Of a stretch of 64,000 nucleotides of DNA, positions 16,301 to 25,320 are shown in pieces (the first letter of the stretch is position 1; the number at the start of each line of letters is the position of its first letter). Where the stretch lies: contig JBCKTZ010000002.1 in the NCBI GenBank assembly GCA_038925245.1, forward strand, positions 11,568 to 75,567. The letters run 5' to 3'. A model generated the notes under the pieces. The model was not told where the DNA came from and did not search any database. It was given only the letters and a program-made list of their open reading frames with translations. Both the position numbers and the translations under genes were made by a program. The stretch is from Gallionellaceae bacterium (GTDB lineage: Bacteria > Pseudomonadota > Gammaproteobacteria > Burkholderiales > Gallionellaceae).

Positions 16301-16972
16301 TTATTTACCCTCTAAATTATCGGCAGTAGTTTGGCATACGTCACAATCGTGGTATTTCTTCCGCAGGATGTTTGCGGCCTGCTTTTCGTTAATAAATTTC
16401 TTATCCAATAAGTACATTGCTATTTGGTCAGGATACCATCTAGATTCTTTCTTTCCTCGCCCTACTGATGCGCGACAATCGAGCAACCCTGGATAACGTT
16501 TAGCTTCTCTAAAGCGCTTCTTAAAAGAATCTTCGTCGAGTTTATTTTGCAGCATAAAATCAGAAATTATTTTTGTTGATGATACTGCCTCAGATTTTCT
16601 AACCGGTGTGCTCGGCTTGTTCAATTTACACAATTCAGCAAGTGCAATCCGAGGAATATATAACTTATCACAACCAATTTCTTTTATGTGCTTTAGCGCG
16701 TCAGTACCTTGGAATAGCATCGTAGCGTCAGCCCCACCATGAGTGTCAATTGTACATAAAGGCAACGTACCATCAGCACACCACGCCAATAACAGCAATA
16801 CAGAGTTTTCCTTTGTAGCAACATAAGGAAAGTATCTGCGAATATCTTCAACTGTTAGGTTCGCAGCTGCCAATACACCATCAAAAACTTCTGCACCCCA
16901 AGTGTGAGCGCCCTGATTTAGATATAAATAAGTTTCAGCTTCGTCGATTGACAACAGTGTAGACGTGCCCAT
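16301..16972 (-). CDS. hypothetical protein (223 aa), AT-rich, translationally coupled to the integrase
   Basis: Its ATG (16972-16970) overlaps the integrase TGA in an ATGA junction. I recognise no motif. Confidence 0.55.
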   Translation of the reverse strand: MGTSTLLSIDEAETYLYLNQGAHTWGAEVFDGVLAAANLTVEDIRRYFPYVATKENSVLLLLAWCADGTLPLCTIDTHGGADATMLFQGTDALKHIKEIGCDKLYIPRIALAELCKLNKPSTPVRKSEAVSSTKIISDFMLQNKLDEDSFKKRFREAKRYPGLLDCRASVGRGKKESRWYPDQIAMYLLDKKFINEKQAANILRKKYHDCDVCQTTADNLEGK

Positions 16973-18240
16973 CACGCAACTTTTCCAAGCAGCGGTATCA
17001 CGTCCGCCCCAGCCTTGAGCTTGTCCAGATAATCCGCCCATTGCTGCATCATCTTGCGACGTTCAACAAGGTGAGCAGTGCGATTGTATGCGCGCCCGTT
17101 GGGGTCTTTAACCGCGTGTGCTAGTTGGTGTTCGATAAAGTCAGTACGCACACCCAGCTCTTCATCCAGAATCGTGCGAGCCATTGCCCGGAAGCCGTGG
17201 CCGCTCATTTCATCTTTTGCAAAACCCATGCGCCGCAGTGCAGCCAGAATGGCGTTATCGCTCATCGGCCTGCCATTGGTGCGCGCCCCTGGAAACACAT
17301 AGCGCCCGTCGCCAGTGAGTGCGTGAAGTTCGCGCAGAATTTCCACCGCTTGCGAGGATAGAGGGACAAGGTGCGGTTCGCGCATTTTCATGCGTTCGGC
17401 GGGTATATTCCATTCAGCTTTATCGAGGTCTATTTCCGCCCATTCCGCCTTGCGTAGCTCACCAGGACGCACGAATACCATAGGGGCGATGCGCAGGGCG
17501 CACTTGGTCACGAACTGGCCTTGATAGCCGTCTATGGCGCGCAGGAGTGAGCCAACGGCCTTGGATTCGATAATGGCGGCATGGTGTTTCACTTTTTTGC
17601 TTGGCATGTATTCGCATAAACGCGCGGTAGGATCGCCTTGCGAATAACCCTTCTTGGCGGCGTATCCGAATATCCGGCCACAGTTCCACAGGACGCGCCG
17701 TGCAATATCTAATGCGCCCCTGTCCACAATGCGCTGGACGGTTGCGTCAATTTCTGGCGTGGTGATTTTATTTATAGGGTGTCTGCCCAGCCAAGGAAAA
17801 ACATCCTTTTCCATCCAGCCGATGATTTTTCCCGTTTGCTTTTCGGATCGCCTGTCCGTTGGGACAGTCGCCCATTCACGCGCGACATCTTCAAAAGAAC
17901 CGGCAGCAGGCAACCCTTCATCTGTTCGCCGCTCTGCTTCCAGCGCCTCAGCTTGTTGCGCCTTGCTTGCCTTGCGTACATCGCTAGGATCAGTGCCCGC
18001 TGCCACCAACTCCCGCGCTGTATCCGCCTTGTTGCGCGCCGCCTTTAGTCCGGTGTCTGGATATACGCCAATGGAAAGAGTTTTGCGCTTACCACCAGTG
18101 CTGTAATCCAAGCGCCACCAGCGCGCGCCGTTCGGCTTGACCAGCAGATAAAGCCCGTCCCCGTCATTCAGGCGTTGTGTCGCGTCCGTGGGCTTGGTGT
18201 TGCGGATAGTCACATCCGTCTTGATTAGGTGTCGCACCAT
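16972..18240 (-). CDS. int: tyrosine recombinase, P4-type integrase
   Basis: N-terminal DUF4102-like arm-binding region (LNDGDGLYLLVKPNGARWWRLDY). The C-terminal catalytic region has ...HGFRAMARTIL... and ...HLVERRKMMQQWADYLD. It is adjacent to the tRNA 3' end. Confidence 0.92.
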   Translation of the reverse strand: MVRHLIKTDVTIRNTKPTDATQRLNDGDGLYLLVKPNGARWWRLDYSTGGKRKTLSIGVYPDTGLKAARNKADTARELVAAGTDPSDVRKASKAQQAEALEAERRTDEGLPAAGSFEDVAREWATVPTDRRSEKQTGKIIGWMEKDVFPWLGRHPINKITTPEIDATVQRIVDRGALDIARRVLWNCGRIFGYAAKKGYSQGDPTARLCEYMPSKKVKHHAAIIESKAVGSLLRAIDGYQGQFVTKCALRIAPMVFVRPGELRKAEWAEIDLDKAEWNIPAERMKMREPHLVPLSSQAVEILRELHALTGDGRYVFPGARTNGRPMSDNAILAALRRMGFAKDEMSGHGFRAMARTILDEELGVRTDFIEHQLAHAVKDPNGRAYNRTAHLVERRKMMQQWADYLDKLKAGADVIPLLGKVA

Positions 18241-18351
18241 TGCAGTAACTCCAGTAGAAAATGCAGTAACTTTTCAGAGAAAAACAGTAACAGGGGGTGT
18301 TACTGCATAAGTTACTGCAAATTTAGCCGGATTGCAATAGATGTTACTGCA
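18241..18351. promoter_or_regulatory. cluster of six GTTACTGCA / TGCAGTAAC boxes; candidate integrase/Xis arm-type binding sites
   Basis: Boxes at 18241, 18262 and 18284 in one orientation, and at 18299, 18311 and 18343 in the other. Two more lie at the far end of the island (5242-5262). Confidence 0.55.
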
Positions 18352-18432
18352 TTTCGCTGGACAAGAAAAAACCCGCAATGCTATAAGACATGCGGGTTTA
18401 AGGACTTCTTTGGACTTCTTCAAACTATAAAA

Positions 18433-18519
18433 TGGTGCCGGGAGGGGGAATCGAACCCCCACATCCTTGCGAATACTGGATTTTGAGTCCAGCGCGTCTA
18501 CCAATTCCGCCATCCCGGC
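18433..18519 (-). tRNA. tRNA-Leu (anticodon CAA), type II with a long variable arm
   Basis: The reverse complement folds as a cloverleaf: acceptor GCCGGGA/TCCCGGC, anticodon loop CTCAAAA, T-arm GGGGGTTCGATTCCCCC, encoded CCA. Confidence 0.9.
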
Positions 18520-18765
18520 AAGGTCCGGGTGAGATGCCCGGATCAAGAAGGTGCGAATTATCCATGAAATGCCACGCTTCATCAAGCTACAATGCACGTT
18601 TACTGCGCAAAGCGGAAAATTTCGTGCAGGGGAGTGGGAGCAAGTATCTTTCATTACGCTGGGATACCGCTTCAACGTGGTGGATATACTGCTTAACAAC
18701 TTTCACTTACCCAAGTCTAGCGATGGCGATGCTGATAGCACGGGCTACTTAATCCGGAGGAAAAT

Positions 18766-19185
18766 ATGGCGATTTACATATATTGGTTTCTGTTAGCTTT
18801 AGTGCTGTTTGGCGTTGAGATGGCAACGGGTACGTTTTACCTGTTGGTCATTTCGCTCGCGCTGGCTGTTGGCGGCGTTGCGGCATTGCTCGGATTGGGA
18901 GTGCCTGCGCAATTTGTACTTGCCGCACTGATAGGTATTATTGGAATAGTCATGTTGCGCGGATGGAAGGGTAGCCGCGCCAGCGACGCATCCAACCTAA
19001 GCCTAGATGTGGGGCAGCATGTCAAGGTATTAACCTGGCGGGATGATGGTACTGCGCGTGTGCTTTACCGAGGTGCTGCATGGGATGCGGAGCTAGATAT
19101 TTCTGATGCTGCGCATGAAGGGGTGTTTTATATCAAAGAAATGCGCGGTTCGATTCTTGTGCTGACGCATAATAAACCGGTCTGA
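18766..19185 (+). CDS. NfeD-family membrane protein
   Basis: N-terminal TM helices plus a C-terminal soluble OB-like domain, sitting upstream of an SPFH gene (the classic nfeD-SPFH pair). Confidence 0.85.
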   Translation: MAIYIYWFLLALVLFGVEMATGTFYLLVISLALAVGGVAALLGLGVPAQFVLAALIGIIGIVMLRGWKGSRASDASNLSLDVGQHVKVLTWRDDGTARVLYRGAAWDAELDISDAAHEGVFYIKEMRGSILVLTHNKPV

Positions 19186-19190
19186 ATTTT

Positions 19191-19332
19191 AGGGCACCTC
19201 TAAATATCCAAACTTCGTCGCGATACTGTGTTGCTCAGAAATTTTTATCGCTTACATATCAAATATATGCTGCGCTCAAAAATTTACTCGCGCCTTGCCC
19301 CACTTAGAATTTTGAATTTTTAGAGGCACCCT
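19191..19332. mobile_element. MITE-like element, family A, copy 1
   Basis: Terminal inverted repeats AGGGCACCTCTAAA... / ...TTTAGAGGCACCCT. About 85% identical to the copy at 63395-63533. It splits the nfeD-SPFH pair. Confidence 0.65.
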
Positions 19333-19369
19333 TTAGTTAAACCAACTTCAACATTACACGGGAGGCAAT

Positions 19370-20275
19370 ATGGAAATCGCACTGTTTATTCTGGCTGTAG
19401 CCGTTATTTTTATTATCAATTCACTTAAAATAGTCCCCCAGCAAAATTCCTGGGTAGTCGAGCGCCTTGGACGTTTTCATGCAGCACTGCAACCAGGCCT
19501 AAATATTGTCATCCCCTTTGTCGACAAGGTTGCCTACAAGCACATGCTGAAAGAGGTGCCGCTGGATGTGCCCAGCCAGATTTGTATTACCAAGGACAAC
19601 ACACAGTTGCAGGTGGACGGTGTCCTGTATTTCCAGGTAACCGACCCCAAGCTGGCTTCCTATGGCAGCAGCAATTACCTCATGGCGATTACCCAGCTGG
19701 CGCAAACCACTTTACGTTCCGCCATTGGCAAAATGGAGTTGGATAAAACTTTTGAGGAGCGTGATCACATCAATAGTGCGGTGGTTGCGGCGCTGGATGA
19801 GGCTGCAACCAGCTGGGGCGTTAAAGTGTTGCGTTACGAGATCAAAGACTTAACCCCGCCTAAGGAAATTCTGCATGCGATGCAGGCGCAGATCACCGCC
19901 GAGCGTGAAAAGCGTGCGCTGATCGCTGCCTCAGAAGGCCGCAAACAGGAGCAGATCAACATCGCCACCGGCGAGCGCGAAGCATTCATTCAGCGTTCCG
20001 AAGGTGAGAAGCAGTCCGCTATCAATCTCGCACAGGGTGAAGCCGCGGCTATTATCGCCGTGGCGGAAGCTAATGCCGAGGCTATCATGAAAGTTGCCAA
20101 GGCGATTCAGTCACCAGGTGGCATGGATGCAGTCAACTTGAAAGTCGCAGAAAAATATGTAGATGCTTTTGCTAATGTTGCCAAGGCAGGCAACACCCTG
20201 ATTCTCCCGGGAAACTTGGCTGATATGGGTGGATTGGTGGCTGCTGCGATGAGTATTATGAAGTCGCAAAAATAG
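19370..20275 (+). CDS. SPFH/band-7 (stomatin-like) protein
   Basis: N-terminal TM helix, an SPFH core (IVPQQNSWVVERLGRF...), and a coiled Ala/Glu-rich C-terminus. Confidence 0.9.
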   Translation: MEIALFILAVAVIFIINSLKIVPQQNSWVVERLGRFHAALQPGLNIVIPFVDKVAYKHMLKEVPLDVPSQICITKDNTQLQVDGVLYFQVTDPKLASYGSSNYLMAITQLAQTTLRSAIGKMELDKTFEERDHINSAVVAALDEAATSWGVKVLRYEIKDLTPPKEILHAMQAQITAEREKRALIAASEGRKQEQINIATGEREAFIQRSEGEKQSAINLAQGEAAAIIAVAEANAEAIMKVAKAIQSPGGMDAVNLKVAEKYVDAFANVAKAGNTLILPGNLADMGGLVAAAMSIMKSQK

Positions 20276-20375
20276 TGAGTAGTGAGTAGTGAGTGGTGAG
20301 TGGTGAGTAGAGAATGTGTTTTTACTTACCACTTACAACTGACAACTCACTAGAATTTAAGTGAGTTGTGAGTGG
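20274..20375. repeat. palindromic element built of tandem heptamers (AGTGAGT x5) and their inverse
   Basis: 20274-20309 is AGTGAGT AGTGAGT AGTGAGT GGTGAGT GGTGAGT. The inverse arm ACTTACCACTTACAACTGACAACTCACT is at 20324-20351. Confidence 0.65.
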
Positions 20376-20402
20376 GTGCGGTCGTGGTTGGAGCGCAGGT
20401 AG

Positions 20403-21551
<1,149 letters not shown>

Positions 21552-21624
21552 GTGGCGCCATAATAATTTATACATGTGCTTCGTGTTAGAATCACCCTTT
21601 TGAATTTTTATCTGGAGAAATTAA

Positions 21625-21969
21625 ATGATGTCCATCAGCAATTTATTGATTAGTAACGCATATGCAGAAGGTGCAGCTCCTGCGAATACAGCCGGATTTA
21701 TGGATTTTATTCCGCTGATAGGCTTGGCAGCGGTATTTTATTTCTTGATACTGCGTCCGCAAATGAAACGCTCGAAAGAGATGAAAGTCCTCATCGCTGC
21801 GCTGCAAAAAGGCGATGAGGTGGTAACTTCCGGAGGAATAATGGGCCGTGTAGTCAAGGTTGGCGACAGCTATGTCAGTATTGAAGTTGCTGAAGGTATT
21901 AATCTCACTGTCCAGAAGGGCGCGATTCAAACTTCGCTGCCCAAGGGAACAATCAAGGCTGCAAACTAA
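21625..21969 (+). CDS. yajC: preprotein translocase subunit YajC
   Basis: Single TM helix followed by the motif ...LQKGDEVVTSGGIMGRVVKV..., and a position between tgt and secD. Confidence 0.9.
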   Translation: MMSISNLLISNAYAEGAAPANTAGFMDFIPLIGLAAVFYFLILRPQMKRSKEMKVLIAALQKGDEVVTSGGIMGRVVKVGDSYVSIEVAEGINLTVQKGAIQTSLPKGTIKAAN

Positions 21970-21980
21970 AAGGTACTGCA

Positions 21981-23834
21981 ATGAACCATTACCCGCTGTG
22001 GAAATACCTGTTGATTTTTGGCGCACTCGTTTTGGGCTTTGTGTATGCCTTGCCCAATCTTTACGGAGAATCTCCTGCCGTTCAGATCATGCCTGTGCGC
22101 GCTCATCTCAAGGTTGATGCTGCGTTGTTGAAGCGAGTAGAGCTTGCACTCAATGCAGCGCAAATCAATCCTGAAGTGCTGGCGCAGGATGCAACGGGCA
22201 TCAAGGCGCGCTTTGCCGATATTGACACCCAAGCCAAGGCAAAAGATATTCTGCAGGCGCAGCTGGGTGAGGATTATGTGGTGGCATTGAATTTACAGCC
22301 GCGTTCTCCGCAATGGCTTATCAGTATCAACGCGCTGCCGATGTATCTGGGTCTGGATTTGCGCGGCGGTGTGCACTTCTTGTTGCAAGTTGATATGAAA
22401 AGCGTACTGGACAAAACGCTGGATGCCTCTGTCGGTGAATTTCGTAGCACTTTGCGCGAACAGAATATCCCGTATTCCGGCGTGACCCGCGAGGGTAACA
22501 ATTTGAGCGTCAAGTTCCGCGATGCAGCAACACGCAGCAAGGGATTAGCCGAGTTGAAGCAGCGTTTTGGCGGCATGGAATATAACGACAACGATAGCAG
22601 CAGCGATTTCCGTTTGATCGCAACCATCAAGCCGCAAGAAGAGCAAAGCATACAGAAAGCCGCAGTACAGCAGAACCTGACAACGTTGCGCAACCGGGTA
22701 AATGAACTCGGCGTGGCCGAGCCTGTGATCCAGCAGCAGGGTGCTGATCGTATCGTGGTGCAGTTACCCGGTATGCAGGATCCGGTCCGTGCAAGAGGCA
22801 TACTGGGTCGCACTGCCACGTTGCAAGTGCGCATGGTAGAGGCGCACCTGAGCCCCGATTCGCGTGATTACAATCCAGAGAAAATTGCAGCGGCCGAAAA
22901 GGGCATGATTCCCGCTGGCACGGAGCTGCTGTATTCGCGCCGCGATGGGCGTGAAGAAGCTTTGCTGCTGTCTAAGCAAGTGGTATTTACGGGTGAAAAT
23001 CTGACCGGCGCAGATGCTTCTATCGATACGCAGAATGCCGGCTCTGTGGTGAGCGTGAAGCTGGATGCCAAAGGCGGCCTGGCAATGAAAAATGCGTCGC
23101 GTGAAGGGATCAAACGGCGCATGGCGGTGGTGCTGATCGAGAAGGGCAAGGCTGAAGTGCTGACCGCGCCGACGATACAATCCGAGCTGAGCAACAGGTT
23201 CCAGATCACCGGCATGCGGAATACTCAGGAAGCCAATGATCTTGCGTTGCTGATGCGTGCGGGTGCGCTGGCTGCGCCGATGGAAATTATTGAAGAGCGT
23301 ACCGTGGGCCCCAGCCTAGGTGCCGACAATATTGCACGCGGTTTCCAATCCACCCAGATAGGTTTTATTGCCATCGCGATTTTCATGATCGCGTATTACA
23401 TGATGTTTGGCGGCATTTCTGTTCTTGCACTGGGTGCTAATCTATTACTATTGGTAGCATTGTTATCCATGTTGCAAGCCACGTTGACATTGCCGGGCAT
23501 GGCAGCTATCGCGCTGACACTGGGTATGGCGATCGACTCCAACGTGCTGATTAACGAACGTATCCGCGAAGAGTTGCGCAACGGCGTGCCGCCGCAGACC
23601 GCAATCCATATTGGATATGACAATGCCTTCTCAACGATACTCGACTCGAATATCACGACGCTGATTGCCGGCATTGCGCTGTTCATGTTTGGCTCGGGTC
23701 CGATACGTGGTTTTGCTGTCGTGTTATGTCTGGGTATCATGACTTCAATGTTCAGCTCGGTGCTGGTATCTCGATCACTGGTTAATCTGATTTACGGGCG
23801 TAAGGCGCGACTGACCAAAGTGTCTATAGGTTAG
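21981..23834 (+). CDS. secD: protein translocase subunit SecD
   Basis: 617 aa, with a large periplasmic domain plus a C-terminal six-TM bundle and conserved SecD motifs. Confidence 0.95.
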   Translation: MNHYPLWKYLLIFGALVLGFVYALPNLYGESPAVQIMPVRAHLKVDAALLKRVELALNAAQINPEVLAQDATGIKARFADIDTQAKAKDILQAQLGEDYVVALNLQPRSPQWLISINALPMYLGLDLRGGVHFLLQVDMKSVLDKTLDASVGEFRSTLREQNIPYSGVTREGNNLSVKFRDAATRSKGLAELKQRFGGMEYNDNDSSSDFRLIATIKPQEEQSIQKAAVQQNLTTLRNRVNELGVAEPVIQQQGADRIVVQLPGMQDPVRARGILGRTATLQVRMVEAHLSPDSRDYNPEKIAAAEKGMIPAGTELLYSRRDGREEALLLSKQVVFTGENLTGADASIDTQNAGSVVSVKLDAKGGLAMKNASREGIKRRMAVVLIEKGKAEVLTAPTIQSELSNRFQITGMRNTQEANDLALLMRAGALAAPMEIIEERTVGPSLGADNIARGFQSTQIGFIAIAIFMIAYYMMFGGISVLALGANLLLLVALLSMLQATLTLPGMAAIALTLGMAIDSNVLINERIREELRNGVPPQTAIHIGYDNAFSTILDSNITTLIAGIALFMFGSGPIRGFAVVLCLGIMTSMFSSVLVSRSLVNLIYGRKARLTKVSIG

Positions 23835-23899
23835 GCACGCACCAAGGTGACTATGTGGTTAAGGTGATTAACCCAGATTGTCCATTAGACCAAAGAGCC

Positions 23900-24023
23900 G
23901 TCATTCCCGCGTAGGCGGGAATCCAGCTGATTGAAATATGCCCCGCGAAGCGGGACAATGCTGCTGTTCTGCCCACTTCGCGGAATGTTTTATTGCTGGA
24001 TTCCCGCCTACGCGGGAATGACG
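23900..24023. repeat. dRS3-like palindromic element (family B), copy 1, between secD and secF
   Basis: The ends GTCATTCCCGCGTAGGCGGGAATCCAGC and GCTGGATTCCCGCCTACGCGGGAATGAC are inverted copies. Each contains ATTCCC-N8-GGGAAT. Confidence 0.7.
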
Positions 24024-24079
24024 AGGCGTGGGATTATTTGGGATTAAGTCTCAATACAATATTTCTAAGGAACTGTAAC

Positions 24080-25012
24080 ATGGAATTTTTCAGATTTAAA
24101 AAAGACATCCCGTTCATGAGTTATGGGCGATTGACCACCAGTATTTCTTTGGTGACTTTTATCCTGGCGGTGTTTTTTCTGGCCACCAAGGGACTAAATT
24201 TTGGGGTGGATTTTACCGGTGGCACGGTGATGGAAATGCATTACACGCAACCCGCTGACCTCAACAAAGTGCGGGCTCAACTTGCCGAGATTGGCTTCCA
24301 CGATGCGCTGGCGCAAAATTTTGGCTCCAGCCATGATGTGCTGATTCAAGTGCCGGTCAGGCAAAATGCCACGAGTTCCAGCGTGAGCGAAAATGTGTTG
24401 GCAAAGTTGAAAACAGGGGATGCCAGTGTTGAGATGCGCCGGGTTGAATTTGTCGGTCCGCAAGTGGGTAAAGAGCTATTCGAGAATGGTGCGATGGCCT
24501 TGTTGCTGGTTTCACTAGGTATCGTCATTTATTTGTGGATACGCTTCGATTGGAAATTTGGCCTCGCCGCGATCATCGCCAACTTGCATGACGTGGTCAT
24601 TATTCTTGGTTTCTTTGCATTTTTCCAGTGGGATTTCTCCCTCCCGGTACTGGCTGCGGTGCTGGCGGTGTTGGGCTATTCGGTGAACGAATCGGTGGTG
24701 GTGTTTGACCGTATCCGCGAAAATTTCCGCAAGATGCGCAAGGCCGAAGTGAAGGAAATCATCGACAATGCCATTACCCGCACCATGTCGCGCACCATTA
24801 TTACGCACGGTAGCACGCAGATGATGGTGACGTCGATGCTGTTTCTTGGCGGAGAAACGCTGCACTACTTTGCAGTGGCACTGACCATCGGCATCATGTT
24901 CAGTATTTACTCCTCGGTGCTGGTAGCCAGCCCCTTATTGCTGATATTCGGCGTCTCGCGTGAGGATTTCTTCAAGCCGGAAAAAACAGAATCTGAAGAA
25001 GTGTTGCCATAA
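24080..25012 (+). CDS. secF: protein translocase subunit SecF
   Basis: SecF-like sequence starting MEFFRFKKDIPFMS. The ORF-track extension to 23993 only translates the repeat (LDSRLRGNDE). Confidence 0.93.
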   Translation: MEFFRFKKDIPFMSYGRLTTSISLVTFILAVFFLATKGLNFGVDFTGGTVMEMHYTQPADLNKVRAQLAEIGFHDALAQNFGSSHDVLIQVPVRQNATSSSVSENVLAKLKTGDASVEMRRVEFVGPQVGKELFENGAMALLLVSLGIVIYLWIRFDWKFGLAAIIANLHDVVIILGFFAFFQWDFSLPVLAAVLAVLGYSVNESVVVFDRIRENFRKMRKAEVKEIIDNAITRTMSRTIITHGSTQMMVTSMLFLGGETLHYFAVALTIGIMFSIYSSVLVASPLLLIFGVSREDFFKPEKTESEEVLP

Positions 25013-25014
25013 TC

Positions 25015-25127
25015 ATGAAGTTCATAAGCGGTTAATCGACATTGTCTTGTATCTCGATACACATTGGCTTGCATTGACGCAGCAGTATGGCATGTGGATC
25101 TATGCGATACTTTTCCTAATCATATTC
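25015..25127 (+). pseudogene. dedA: DedA-family membrane protein, 5' remnant (frameshifted and truncated by a MITE)
   Basis: KRLIDIVLYLDTHWLALTQQYGMWIYAILFLIIF closely matches the DedA N-terminus ([36 protein letters not shown]). The ATG at 25015 is one A out of frame, and the ORF runs straight into the repeat at 25128. Confidence 0.65.
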
Positions 25128-25320
25128 AGGGCACCTCTAAAAATCCAAACTTCGTCGTGATACTGCGTTGCTCGGAAATTTTTATGCGAGCAGCCTTTGA
25201 CAAGGCTTGCCTGCTTACCCCACTTCATCGCGCCTTGTCTCACTTCCCCCTCTACGCTGTCGCTGCGTAGAGGACAAGAACCTGCAAGCAGGTAGAATTT
25301 TGAATTTTTAGAGGTGCCCT
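25128..25320. mobile_element. MITE-like element, family A, copy 2 (with a nested family-E repeat)
   Basis: Same termini as the other copies. The centre is replaced or expanded by a GGTTCTTGTCCT-type repeat (25252-25292). The last base overlaps the clpA stop codon. Confidence 0.6.

Larger units (their letters stand above)
5168..18455. mobile_element. ~13.3-kb integrated island (P4-type integrase, AlpA-like, P4-family primase/helicase; satellite/PICI-like) in tRNA-Leu(CAA)
   Basis: Direct repeats sit at both ends and the integrase abuts the tRNA 3' end. The gene set int-alpA-primase lacks virion genes, and composition is patchy. Confidence 0.75.

Noticed and set aside
18274-18699. A 141-aa ORF on the minus strand and 85- and 106-aa ORFs on the plus strand around 18229-18752.
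   Set aside because: They overlap the tRNA-Leu gene and the att/arm-site region and are not plausible proteins.
23993-24079. The ORF-track extension of secF (MLDSRLRGNDEAWDYLGLS...), and the ORFs 28407-28751 (-) and 28462-28782 (+).
   Set aside because: They are translations of the dRS3-like repeat (LDSRLRGNDE, IPACAGMT). They have no independent coding signal, and secF has a proper ATG at 24080.
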